This document shows, one piece after another, positions 10,010-20,679 of a stretch of DNA of 64,000 nucleotides; within the stretch, counting starts at the first letter, position 1, and the number at the start of each line of letters is the position of its first letter. The notes beneath the pieces were generated by a model that saw nothing but the letters and a program-made list of their open reading frames with translations, searched no databases and had not been told where the DNA came from. The translations under genes were made by a program, and so were the position numbers. The DNA is from an uncultured Gammaproteobacteria bacterium (GTDB lineage: Bacteria; Patescibacteriota; Patescibacteriia; UBA9934): assembly GCA_964552565.1 (NCBI GenBank), contig CAZKGL010000001.1, forward strand, positions 435,061 to 499,060, given 5' to 3'.

Positions 10010-10039
10010 GCAAAAACAGGCCTTCGGGCCTGTTTTTGC
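10010..10039 (+). terminator. Intrinsic terminator
   Basis: GCAAAAACAGGCC-TTCG-GGCCTGTTTTTGC. Confidence 0.8.
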
Positions 10040-10109
10040 TTGTGGATAGCGTATTTCTCATCCCGCCCCGCTTGTTATACTGGTGTCAGCTAATTTTCTG
10101 ACTTGCGCT

Positions 10110-12521
10110 ATGCGCCATTTGCTTCCCTTCCGCATCGCTTCGATAGGAGCGCTGCTTGTTGCGTCATGGTTCTTCAGTCACTCGGCCCTTGCGGGCTGGT
10201 ACACGCCCACGTCGGGCACGACCGCATCCCTCTACGACATCGACTACTACAGCGGCTACGTCGTTGCGGTGGGCTCGGGCGGGACAATCCGCTTTTCCGT
10301 CGATGCCGGACATTCGTGGTCAACGAGCACGAGCGGCACCACGTCGGCGCTGTACGCAGTCGATTCGGATAGCGGCTATGTCCTCGCCGTCGGCTATGGC
10401 GGCGTCATTCTGCGATCGACCAACTACGGCGCGACATGGACTGCCGTCACGAGCGGCACCACCGCGTCGTTGTACGACGTCATGATGAATCCCTACGGCC
10501 GGGCGTTCGCCGTCGGCTATGGCGGCGTACTCCTCACCTCAACGGACTACGGCGCGACATGGAGCGCACAGACTTCTGGTACGACGAACACGCTCCAGGC
10601 GGTTGACATTTGGGGCACCACCCGCGCCTACGCCGTCGGTTCGAGCGGCACCATCTTGTACTGGAACGGGACGACATGGAGCGCACAAACGTCCGGGACA
10701 ACGGAGACGCTGTACGGTGTCGCGATGTCCGGGACAACGGAAGCCTGGGTGGTGGGCTCCGGCGGCGTGGTACGGAAAACGACCGATGGCACGACGTGGA
10801 GCAGCGTCACGACGATTACCGGCCAAACGCTCTACAGTATCGAGATGTCGTCGAGCACGGCGGGCGGCATCATGGCAAAGACCGGCTTGTACGAAACCAC
10901 GAACGGAACGACATGGGCGGCAGCGTCGACCGGCAGCTGGTCGAGCGTATCCTGGGTGCTGAACGTCGATTACGGCACGATCCGTTTTGCCGTGGGCGCG
11001 AGCGGGAATATCCGTCGCTATGACCACTACGGCCCGGCTGTGGGTGCAGTAACACCGACGACTGCGCTCGAGGGCGTCCCGGTCACCTTCAGCGTTGACG
11101 CGACGGATGAAGCGGTCGTGACCCGATGCGATATCGAAATCCTTTCGGGTGACGGCAGCGGCGTCGTCCTGGACGGCGTGGACAGCGAAGATGACAGCTG
11201 GACGGCAAGCTATACGCTGAGTGCCGGCACCTACACGACCCAAGCGACGTGTTACGATCCGGCCTATAACTTTACGATGGGCGCAAGCAGCACCCTGACC
11301 GTCTCTGCGCCGGCGGACACGACCGAGCCCACTGTCGGGTCGCTCATCGTCGTCGAGGACGCCGTCGGGTCGCCGAGCGTATTCACGGTTTCGGCGTCGG
11401 ACGACGTCGGCATCGACTTCTGCACGCTCGTCATCTTGGAGGGCGACCTCGGCAGTGCGGGATTCCGCATGGCCATCCCGGCGTACGCCACCGCGGACAT
11501 GACCGGATCGGATGGTGCGTACACGGCAACATACACCTTTACTGCGGCAGGCGATTACACGGCATACGCGTACTGCCGCGATGCGGCGGGAAACCAGGCG
11601 AACACCGCGGATGCCATCTTTACGATTGACGCCGCGGCTGCGGCATCGGATACCGACGACACCGCGCCGACCATCGGGACGCCTTCCCCGACGAGCTTCA
11701 CGCTCGGCACCTCGCGCACGGTCACGGCGACTGTCAGCGACGACGTCGGCATCGAGAGCTGCGACCTCTTCATTGACGCTGAGAACGCCGGACTCATGAC
11801 GGTGAGCGGCGGGACAGCGAGCAAGTCCTACACCTTCTCGACAAACGACTGGGCCGACGGCGATACGGCGACGGTGACGGTGGAATGCGCAGACGAGGCC
11901 GGCAACTTCGACAGTACGTCGGTCGTCGTCACGCTCAGCGAGGCGGCGGTCGCGGATGAAGAAACGACAACGGAAGAAGAAACCGCGACGGATGAAGAAA
12001 CGGTAACCGTCGAAGAAGACCTGACAAACGAGGACGGCGACGCAGAGGCAGGCATGCTCATCAAACTCGCCTGCAGCGAAGGCGCGGACGTCAATGACCC
12101 GTGCAAAGCGGTCTACTTCTACAGCGAGTACGACGGCAAGCGCCACGCGTTCCCGAATGAGAAGGTCTACTTTACCTGGTACGCGAACTTCGACGAGGTC
12201 GCGGTCGTGAGCGACGAGTTCATGGCATCCCTCACCTTGGGACGCAACATCACGTACCGCCCCGGCACCCGCATGGTGAAGTTCATTACCGTCAACACGG
12301 TCTACGCGGTGACCCGAGGCGGCGTGCTGCGTCCCATCGACAGCGAGGAAACGGCCATCGCCCTCTACGGCGCGACGTGGAACCAGCAGATCGACGACAT
12401 CTCCGACGCGTTCTACGGCAACTATAGCTTCGGTGACGAAGTGACGAGCGGCGATGACTACGACGCGGAGACTGAGGAAGACGCCATCACCACGATCGAC
12501 GCCAACCTCCAGTGGCAGTAA
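10110..12521 (+). CDS. Paralogous large secreted/surface protein (BNR repeats, Ig-like repeats, same C-terminal domain)
   Basis: Signal peptide; STNYGATW/SGTT repeats; C-terminal ~150 aa closely similar to the upstream paralog. Confidence 0.85.
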   Translation: MRHLLPFRIASIGALLVASWFFSHSALAGWYTPTSGTTASLYDIDYYSGYVVAVGSGGTIRFSVDAGHSWSTSTSGTTSALYAVDSDSGYVLAVGYGGVILRSTNYGATWTAVTSGTTASLYDVMMNPYGRAFAVGYGGVLLTSTDYGATWSAQTSGTTNTLQAVDIWGTTRAYAVGSSGTILYWNGTTWSAQTSGTTETLYGVAMSGTTEAWVVGSGGVVRKTTDGTTWSSVTTITGQTLYSIEMSSSTAGGIMAKTGLYETTNGTTWAAASTGSWSSVSWVLNVDYGTIRFAVGASGNIRRYDHYGPAVGAVTPTTALEGVPVTFSVDATDEAVVTRCDIEILSGDGSGVVLDGVDSEDDSWTASYTLSAGTYTTQATCYDPAYNFTMGASSTLTVSAPADTTEPTVGSLIVVEDAVGSPSVFTVSASDDVGIDFCTLVILEGDLGSAGFRMAIPAYATADMTGSDGAYTATYTFTAAGDYTAYAYCRDAAGNQANTADAIFTIDAAAAASDTDDTAPTIGTPSPTSFTLGTSRTVTATVSDDVGIESCDLFIDAENAGLMTVSGGTASKSYTFSTNDWADGDTATVTVECADEAGNFDSTSVVVTLSEAAVADEETTTEEETATDEETVTVEEDLTNEDGDAEAGMLIKLACSEGADVNDPCKAVYFYSEYDGKRHAFPNEKVYFTWYANFDEVAVVSDEFMASLTLGRNITYRPGTRMVKFITVNTVYAVTRGGVLRPIDSEETAIALYGATWNQQIDDISDAFYGNYSFGDEVTSGDDYDAETEEDAITTIDANLQWQ

Positions 12522-12523
12522 CG

Positions 12524-12549
12524 CAAAGACGGGCTCCGGCCCGTCTTTG
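12524..12549. terminator. Bidirectional terminator
   Basis: CAAAGACGGGC-TCCG-GCCCGTCTTTG between convergent genes. Confidence 0.75.
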
Positions 12550-12963
12550 TTATTTCTCGAGTTCCGTCTTCCCCATCGTCAGGAGCGCCTTTGCCTGGCC
12601 GAGCGTGATCGGCACCACGGAGAGCCGCGCCTGTTTGAGGAGCGGGATCTGCGCAAGCGTCTTGCGCATCTTGATCGCGAGCAGCGTCACCGGCTTCGCC
12701 ATCGCCTTCCATGGCACGAGGTCGACGGCGGTCCAGTCATCCGCCTTCGGCTCCGGGTACGGGCCGCTCACCACGCGCGCGATGCCGACGATCTGCCGCT
12801 CCGCACCGCTGTGGTAGATGAACGCGACGTCGTTTGCCTTCATCGCCTTGAGGTGGTTGCGCGCCTGGAAATTGCGCACCCCATCCCATGTCGTTTTCTT
12901 GTCCGCAACGAGGTCGCCCCAGCTGTAGGTGCCCGGCTCGGTTTTGAGCAGCCAGTAGGCCAT
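12550..12963 (-). CDS. EVE domain protein
   Basis: MAYWLLKTEP, WDGVRNFQARNHL, FIYHSG, RLSVVP. Confidence 0.93.
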   Translation of the reverse strand: MAYWLLKTEPGTYSWGDLVADKKTTWDGVRNFQARNHLKAMKANDVAFIYHSGAERQIVGIARVVSGPYPEPKADDWTAVDLVPWKAMAKPVTLLAIKMRKTLAQIPLLKQARLSVVPITLGQAKALLTMGKTELEK

Positions 12964-13071
12964 AATGGGAAAATGATAGCAGGATTCCGTCGTGCCGCCA
13001 AACAGAATCACCCGGCGCAGCGAGAGCCACCACGTCGGGTGATTCTGCCGCGCCGGGTGGCGGGTACCGTC

Positions 13072-14601
13072 CTAGCGGACGGGTTCTTCGTAGTCGCTCA
13101 GGGCGCTCGACTTCTTGAGGTAGGCGATGCCGAGGCCCATGCCGCCGTTGGACGGCAGGCCCTTGGCACGGCCGACGTCCGGGTTGCCGGTATCGCCGCC
13201 GGCGGTCGCCAGGTCGTGGTGCACGTAGCGGACGCCCTTCGGAACGAAGAAGCTGCAGAAGGCCGCGCCCGTCTGCGTGCCGCAGGCCTTGTCCGGCAGC
13301 TCGCTCAGGTTCTTGTAATCGGCGACCGTGTCCTTCATCGCGTTGTAGTGCTGGTCGGTGAGGCGCAGCGGCTGCACCGGGTCACCGACCTCGTCGCCGA
13401 GCTGCTCGAGCGTGGCCACGACGTCCTTGAGGTTGTCGCGCACCATGAGCGTGCTCATCTCGTCGCCGACGACCACCACGGCGTGCCCGGTGAGCGTCGC
13501 GTTGACGAGGACCTCGTCGCCGTCCTTGAGGCCAAAGCGCTCGCACGTCCAGGAGAGCACGTCGGCGAGGACCAGCCGGCCCTCGGCGTCCGTGTTGAGG
13601 ACACGCACCGTCGCGCCGCTGTAGGACGTGATGATCTCCTCGACGAGGTAGGCGTCCTGGGCGATGACGTTCTCGACGAGCCCGACGGCGAACACGGTGG
13701 TGCAGGCGAGCTCCTCGGGGTGCGCCATGAAGTACAGCGCCGCCGCGAGCACGGCCGCCGAGCCCATCATGTCGCAGTGCATGGTGCGCATGTGGTTCTC
13801 GGTCTTCACGCTGATGCCGCCGGTGTCCATGGTGACGCCCTTGCCGACGTACGCCCGCTTGCGCTCCGTCGGCCCGCCGGGCGGGTGGATGACGATGGCG
13901 CGGACCTCGCCGGGGTAGTTGCTCGCGCGGGCGACGGCGTTGAGGAGCTGCATGCGCTGGTACCCCTCCATCTCGGGCTCGATCATCTCGTAGCTCGTCT
14001 CCGGGTAGCGGTCGCAGGCCTCCGCGATCAGCTTCTCGATGAGCACGGCGTAGCTCTCCGGGTTGAGGATGTTCGGCGGGAGCTGGCCGAGCCAGCACTG
14101 GAAGTTCTCGTAGCAGCCCATCTCCCAGCCGCGCTCGAAGGCGACGTGGCTGCGCTCCGCCGTCTCGGTGGGGACGTTGATGTTGACGATGACCCCCGTG
14201 GGCCCGGCGTAGTACTTGGCGCTCGCCGCGGTCTTGCCCAGGCCCGGGCGCAGGAGGGCTCGCGCGATCCCGCGTCCGGCGCCCTCCAGATTCATGCCCT
14301 GCTGGATCTCCACGCAGAGCGTGGCGGGGGCGTTCGCCTCCATGAGGTTGAGCACGGTCTTGCCGTAGATGTCGGCCGTCCCGTTCGGGCTGAGCTGCGA
14401 CGGGGTCTCCTTGCCGGAGTTGACGTAGATCGCCGCGGCGTTGTTCATGACGAGGTACGCACCGGCCTTCTTCTCCGGGTCCGTGCCGACACCGACCACG
14501 AGGTCGGCATCGTGCATGCCGCCGAAGACCACCTTGCGGCTGGCCTTCGGGACGCTCCAGCCGAGGACGCGTTGGGCGGCTTCCAAGAGGTCCAGGTTCA
14601 T
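13072..14601 (-). CDS. M17-family leucyl aminopeptidase with divergent N-terminal domain
   Basis: VGKGVTMDTGGISVK, CDMMGSAAV, NTDAEGRLVLAD, ATLTG motifs. Confidence 0.9.
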   Translation of the reverse strand: MNLDLLEAAQRVLGWSVPKASRKVVFGGMHDADLVVGVGTDPEKKAGAYLVMNNAAAIYVNSGKETPSQLSPNGTADIYGKTVLNLMEANAPATLCVEIQQGMNLEGAGRGIARALLRPGLGKTAASAKYYAGPTGVIVNINVPTETAERSHVAFERGWEMGCYENFQCWLGQLPPNILNPESYAVLIEKLIAEACDRYPETSYEMIEPEMEGYQRMQLLNAVARASNYPGEVRAIVIHPPGGPTERKRAYVGKGVTMDTGGISVKTENHMRTMHCDMMGSAAVLAAALYFMAHPEELACTTVFAVGLVENVIAQDAYLVEEIITSYSGATVRVLNTDAEGRLVLADVLSWTCERFGLKDGDEVLVNATLTGHAVVVVGDEMSTLMVRDNLKDVVATLEQLGDEVGDPVQPLRLTDQHYNAMKDTVADYKNLSELPDKACGTQTGAAFCSFFVPKGVRYVHHDLATAGGDTGNPDVGRAKGLPSNGGMGLGIAYLKKSSALSDYEEPVR

Positions 14602-14724
14602 CTTCAGTTCCTGGCGCGTAGCGTTGGGTGAAGAAACGCGAAACGAGCCGAGCAGTAAGGTAAGGAAATTTGGCTGAACTGTCAATAAAAAACAAAGACG
14701 CCGCCGTAAAAGGCGGTGTCCTTG

Positions 14725-14801
14725 TGGTCGGGCTGAACGGACTTGAACCGTCGACCTCTTGCACCCCATGCAAGCGCGCTAGCCAACTGCGCCACAGCCC
14801 G
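14725..14801 (-). tRNA. tRNA-Pro(GGG)
   Basis: Cloverleaf; anticodon arm CTTGC-AT GGG GT-GCAAG; TTCAAGT T-loop; encoded CCA. Confidence 0.95.
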
Positions 14802-14802
14802 C

Positions 14803-14890
14803 TGGCGGAAGGAGAGGGATTCGAACCCTCGATACCTTGCGGTATACACGCTTTCCAAGCGTGCGCACTAGGCCACTATGCGATCCTTCC
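14803..14890 (-). tRNA. tRNA-Ser(GGA)
   Basis: Anticodon arm CACGC-TT GGA AA-GCGTG; long variable arm; GGTTCGAATCC; CCA. Confidence 0.95.
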
Positions 14891-14994
14891 AAGCGGCGAA
14901 AGAGTACCCCATTTCCGATCCTTGATCAATTGGGCAATATAGAGTAGTATTTTCGCACCCGAGAACAGCACCTCAGTCGGTATCCGGCACATGC

Positions 14995-15070
14995 CGGGTC
15001 GTAGCTCAGTAGGTAGAGCGCTACGTTCGGGTCGTAGAGGCCGTGGGTTCGAGTCCCGCCGGCCCGACCA
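14995..15070 (+). tRNA. tRNA-Pro(CGG)
   Basis: Anticodon arm CTACG-TT CGG GT-CGTAG; GGTTCGAGTCC; CCA. Confidence 0.95.
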
Positions 15071-15100
15071 AAAGAACCGCCGCAAGGCGGTTCTTTTGTT
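15069..15100 (+). terminator. Terminator after tRNA-Pro(CGG)
   Basis: CAAAAGAACCGCC-GCAA-GGCGGTTCTTTTG. Confidence 0.8.
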
Positions 15101-15186
15101 TGGGTTACGGCTGGACAAAAGACGAAAACTCTGCTAATAATAGTGGTCCTCGAGACACCGTCCATCCCGGACGGAAAGGAGACACG

Positions 15187-15705
15187 ATGCCCGACACCGC
15201 CACGCCCACGACCCGCCAGCGCCTCCTCGCCATGTTCCGCCACCTCAAGAAGATGATCACGCTCACCGACAGCTTCTTCGATGGCCTCTACTGCGATCCG
15301 GCCTGGGAAGGCTTCGGCCTGTACGGCGTCGCCGACAAGGGCGAGTTCAAGGCCATCCTCCGCCTCGCGATCGGCACAACGTGCCCGGACGACCTCTGCA
15401 AGGACTGGCCCGAGGACAAGCCGTGGGTCGAGCTGTGGCTCTACTGCCACGAGGACGGTCGGCTCACCATCTTCCGGAGCGAGGACGGCGATCTGTTCAA
15501 GATCCTCTGGACCGAGAAGGGCGATCGCGAGGGCTTCACGACGGGCCTCGATCCGTGGATGGATCAGGTCCGCGCGGATTCCACGGCCTGGCAGCGGGTC
15601 CTCGAGAAGCCCGACAGCCCGATCACCATGGCCCAGCTCGCGGAGATGACGATCGCCTACCTGCGCCACTACGACGAGTCCGCGGAATCCGAAGACGAAG
15701 ACTAG
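15187..15705 (+). CDS. Hypothetical acidic protein
   Basis: AAAGGAG RBS, TGGACA-17-TAATAA promoter-like sequence, strong GC3 bias. Confidence 0.75.
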   Translation: MPDTATPTTRQRLLAMFRHLKKMITLTDSFFDGLYCDPAWEGFGLYGVADKGEFKAILRLAIGTTCPDDLCKDWPEDKPWVELWLYCHEDGRLTIFRSEDGDLFKILWTEKGDREGFTTGLDPWMDQVRADSTAWQRVLEKPDSPITMAQLAEMTIAYLRHYDESAESEDED

Positions 15706-15776
15706 CGCACCCACTGCGCGGAAGATGCCCCATGGGCTCCCGCGGCTCGTGGGTGCGTCTTCTGTTCTGGTATACT

Positions 15777-15818
15777 TGGACTCCGAAGCTGAGCTTCGAA
15801 GCTCAGCTTCGGAGTCCA
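15777..15818. repeat. Perfect 42-bp palindrome with nested internal hairpins
   Basis: TGGACTCCGAAGCTGAGCTTC|GAAGCTCAGCTTCGGAGTCCA. Confidence 0.9.
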
Positions 15819-15873
15819 GTCGTCGAGTCGCTGTGATTGCTCAATTGTTGGTATTGCGCCACACTGCAACTAT

Positions 15874-16254
15874 ATGAAACTTACCTTCCCCCGCGATGCG
15901 GTCATGAATGCGGTGTCGGTCCTGCGAAAGGCCGGGTACTCGTATCTTGTTGACCCCGTCACGAAGGAAGGGAGCTACATCATCCGGCTCACTGGCGACC
16001 ACTACCCGCGCTTCCACGTCTACCTGGAAGAACACCAGGACGCGGTCGTGTTCAACCTCCACCTCGACCAAAAAAAGCCCAGCTACGGCACAGGCCCGGC
16101 ACACAACGGCGAATACGATGGTCCCGTGGTCGAGCGGGAGGCAAAACGCATCGAATCGTGGGTCAGCGCCGCGCTGCGCGAGGCCCGCGGCAAGGAGCCC
16201 GGCCATGGCAAGCAACCGGTCCGCAAATGGTCGGATTGGTTTTTTGGCAGATAG
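15874..16254 (+). CDS. Conserved-type hypothetical protein
   Basis: YPRFHVY...NLHLDQKKPSY...AHNGEYDGPVVE; globular composition. Confidence 0.75.
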   Translation: MKLTFPRDAVMNAVSVLRKAGYSYLVDPVTKEGSYIIRLTGDHYPRFHVYLEEHQDAVVFNLHLDQKKPSYGTGPAHNGEYDGPVVEREAKRIESWVSAALREARGKEPGHGKQPVRKWSDWFFGR

Positions 16255-16272
16255 GCGTCCGTTCGCCATTTT

Positions 16273-16301
16273 TTGACATTTTGCGAGAATTCCGCTACTG
16301 T
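16273..16301 (+). promoter_or_regulatory. Putative sigma70 promoter of the DEAD-box helicase
   Basis: TTGACA-17 bp-TACTGT. Confidence 0.55.
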
Positions 16302-16400
16302 TAGGTTCTTGATTTTCGCCTCCGCCTAACTTTGCGGACGGCATCGAACCTCGGTCGGCAGTTCCCTGTCTTGATCCCATCGGTTCGGATCAAGACAACT

Positions 16401-17756
<1,356 letters not shown>

Positions 17757-17796
17757 CGATTTTTCCCAAAAACCGCCCGCCATAGGCGGTTTTTGG

Positions 17797-17825
17797 TTGA
17801 CGTGATGCAATTTTTTTGCTAATAT
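17797..17825 (+). promoter_or_regulatory. Putative sigma70 promoter (extended -10)
   Basis: TTGACG-17 bp-TAATAT preceded by TG, directly after the helicase terminator (17768-17796). Confidence 0.65.
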
Positions 17826-17978
17826 TACCGCCTTCCCATTTGGGAGGCTATGGAGCTGCGGTCTGCATTCGCGCAAACCGTCTGCAGCAGCAACCCCATA
17901 GAAGGCTCCGCGCATACCGGAGTCAAAACTGGCAAGAAGCTGAAACCTTCACAACGACAACGAGACTTGGAGTACACC

Positions 17979-19028
17979 ATGGCCGCTGAAACCGGCATGA
18001 ACATCGTCACCGCCACGCGCCGCGTGCGGAAGCTCGCGGACAACGCCATCGACCTCATCGAGGACAACCGGCGTACGCCGGCCGAGATCAAGGCCATCCT
18101 GAACGCCCTGCAGGCGTTCAAGGAAGGCAAGCTCGTCGGCATCATGCTGGCGGACACCTCCGACCGGACTATCGCGCTGTGCTCGACCCGCATCGAGGAC
18201 ACGGCGCTCGCGGACGAGGACATGAAGTACATCGTCGCGCGCGGTGTTCGCTACGTCGGGGAGATCTGCTACCTCAACTTCGGCGTCCAGGCCCGGCCGC
18301 GCCAGATCGAGGCGCGGATCAAGGCGGCGCTCGGCTTGCCGATGCGCTTCGACCCGCTTCGCCACGACTGGAAGCCACCCTACTGGAGCGACGAGTCGTT
18401 CTGGAGCGCGCTCGGCATGCCGTGCGTGACGTACTTCGGCGACTACAGTCCGGCGTACTACGATCTGGGTCTCGGTCGTCGCGAGAAGAGCTACTCGAAG
18501 ACCTGCACCCTCGCGCGCAAGCTCGGCCTCTTCGGTGCCATCTACAACATGGCGAGCTTCCTGCGGTGCACGCAGGAGCGCGGCAAGGGCAAGATCGGCA
18601 GCGCCCTGGATCTGGAGACCGTGCTCGGCCGCCCGCGCCCCGGGCTGCTGTGGGCGATGGCTATCATCCCGCCCACCTGGCTCGCCCGGCCGACGAAGCC
18701 CGAGCGGTGGATCGAGGAAGAGCGGGAGATCGAGCAGGAGATCGCGAAGTACGAGACGCCCCGCGCGTGGGTGGTCTCGTGGGTCGTCGATGACGTCACG
18801 GCGGGATTCGCGGGCCTCTGGAAAGCGCGCGAGCTGCATCCGAAGCGCGCCAAGCTGCCCCCCTTCTGGTTCGCAGACGGCAAGGTGCACGCGAGCCACG
18901 CGCGCGAGGAAATCCCGTTCGACCGTGAGCTGGTGGATCACCGCGAGCACCTCCGGTCGTTCCACACCGAGAGCGAGGCCCAGGACTTCATCGAGAAGAT
19001 GGGCCGCGAGATCGTGGACGAGCGCTAG
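17979..19028 (+). CDS. Hypothetical protein
   Basis: GGAG RBS before the ATG at 17979; strong GC3 bias; own terminator at ~19040-19086. Confidence 0.75.
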   Translation: MAAETGMNIVTATRRVRKLADNAIDLIEDNRRTPAEIKAILNALQAFKEGKLVGIMLADTSDRTIALCSTRIEDTALADEDMKYIVARGVRYVGEICYLNFGVQARPRQIEARIKAALGLPMRFDPLRHDWKPPYWSDESFWSALGMPCVTYFGDYSPAYYDLGLGRREKSYSKTCTLARKLGLFGAIYNMASFLRCTQERGKGKIGSALDLETVLGRPRPGLLWAMAIIPPTWLARPTKPERWIEEEREIEQEIAKYETPRAWVVSWVVDDVTAGFAGLWKARELHPKRAKLPPFWFADGKVHASHAREEIPFDRELVDHREHLRSFHTESEAQDFIEKMGREIVDER

Positions 19029-19145
19029 CGTCACGTCGTAGCCCCGCCATTCGGACACCATCCGGGTGGCGGGGCTCCTCTTTTTCATGACTAAAGAAAG
19101 CCACCCCAAGGCGCTTGCCGAGGGGTGGTTTCTTTAGTTTCGAGT

Positions 19146-19892
19146 TTATTCGAGCTCCGCGTCAATGAGGTCCACGAAGGTCTCCAGCGGAACTGCGCCC
19201 GAGACGAGCTGGCCGTTGACGAAGGTCGCCGGGGTGCCGCTGACGCCCGCAGCACGGCCGGAGGAGGTGTCCTCGGAGATCTTGCTCGCGTACTTCTCGC
19301 TCTCGACGCAATCGTCGAACTGCGAGCGGTTCAAACCGAGTTCGTCCGCGAGTTCGCCGTAGTAGTCGTCGCTCAGCGAGTCCTGATTCGCGAAGAGCTC
19401 ATCCGTGTACTCCCAGAACTTGTCCTGCTCGCCCGCGCATTCCGCGGCGAGCGCCGCCGGCTTTGCTTCGGGGTGGAACGACAGCGGGAAGTGGCGGTAC
19501 ACCCACGCGACGTCGTCGCCGTACTTGTCCATGATGTCGAGCATGGTCGGGTGGTGGCGGCCGCAGAACGGACACTCGTAGTCCGAGTATTCGACGACAA
19601 CGACCTTCGCCTTCTCGATGTCGCCGCGCACGTGGTCCTCGTCCGTCACCGGCGCAAGCGTCTTTGCCGTCGCCGTCCCGGTCGAGCCGCTGTCATCATC
19701 ATCGTCGTCAACCACGACCGCATCCTCGTCTGCCGCAACCGCACGGCCGCTCGTCCCTCCCAAGATGTCGCCGCCGACGTACGTCAACGCGATGCCGGCC
19801 ACAAGACCGAACACGAAAATCATTTTCGGATTGCCGTCAAAAAAACCGAGCTGCTTGCTGTCGGTCTGCGATGTCGTTCCTTCTTCGCTCAT
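19146..19892 (-). CDS. DsbA/thioredoxin-domain membrane-anchored oxidoreductase
   Basis: EYSDYECPFC, YRHFPL, GVSGTPATFVNG; N-terminal TM. Confidence 0.93.
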   Translation of the reverse strand: MSEEGTTSQTDSKQLGFFDGNPKMIFVFGLVAGIALTYVGGDILGGTSGRAVAADEDAVVVDDDDDDSGSTGTATAKTLAPVTDEDHVRGDIEKAKVVVVEYSDYECPFCGRHHPTMLDIMDKYGDDVAWVYRHFPLSFHPEAKPAALAAECAGEQDKFWEYTDELFANQDSLSDDYYGELADELGLNRSQFDDCVESEKYASKISEDTSSGRAAGVSGTPATFVNGQLVSGAVPLETFVDLIDAELE

Positions 19893-19928
19893 AGGTTTTC
19901 GGTTATTTTACGGCCTTAAGTCTAGCAT

Positions 19929-20678
19929 TTATTGGCGTTTTTGCCTGTGTGTTATCCACAAGACGGCGCCGCCAAAAATAGCGAGCGCGATGCCGAGATA
20001 CTGGCCTGGCGTTAGCCCAAGATAGCGGGTGTCGACAAGGCGCCAGAAGTCTGTCGCGAAACGGAAAAGGCCATACCAGAGCGAGAAGACGCCGATGAAT
20101 GTCCCGACAGGCGGGCGTCTCCGCGCAAGCAAGACGAAGACTACTGCCATGAACGCCCCGTTGATGACCTCGTACAGCCCGTGGTCATGCCGCACGACGC
20201 CGTCCGGGTATTGCACGCCAAGTGCGAAGTCTGTCGCCGTTCCCGGATGGTCGTGAATGAGGAAACATCCGATGCGGCCGACCATCATGCCAAACGGAAG
20301 CCCGAACGCCGCGTCGTCGGCGTAGCGCCACACGTCCACGTGTTTGCGGCGGAGATACCCGATGCCGACGATCGCGCAAGCAATGAGGCCTCCGAACATC
20401 GACAGCCCGCCCTCCCAAATGGCAAAGACTTCGACGGGGTGCGCGAGGTAATACGGGAATTCGTAAAAGAGCACATGGCCAAGACGGCCGCCGACCATGC
20501 CGGCGAGCACCATCCACGCCGCAAGGTCATAGATGATCTCCGCACGAAGTCCATTCCGTTTCGCATGCCGCCCCGCGACAAGCGCGGCAACAAGGAACCC
20601 GAGCGCAACAAACAGCCCCCACACGTGCAGCGTGAGCGGTCCCAGTGTGATGGTTTTCCACTCGATGTACGGGATCAT
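19929..20678 (-). CDS. lgt: Prolipoprotein diacylglyceryl transferase
   Basis: GGRLGHVLFY, IWEGGLSMFGG, GRIGCF, YE; multi-TM. Confidence 0.9.
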   Translation of the reverse strand: MIPYIEWKTITLGPLTLHVWGLFVALGFLVAALVAGRHAKRNGLRAEIIYDLAAWMVLAGMVGGRLGHVLFYEFPYYLAHPVEVFAIWEGGLSMFGGLIACAIVGIGYLRRKHVDVWRYADDAAFGLPFGMMVGRIGCFLIHDHPGTATDFALGVQYPDGVVRHDHGLYEVINGAFMAVVFVLLARRRPPVGTFIGVFSLWYGLFRFATDFWRLVDTRYLGLTPGQYLGIALAIFGGAVLWITHRQKRQ

Positions 20679-20679
20679 G

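Noticed and set aside
14725-15070. Integrated prophage or island at the tRNA cluster
   Set aside because: No integrase or phage genes and no duplicated tRNA 3' end seen in the window.
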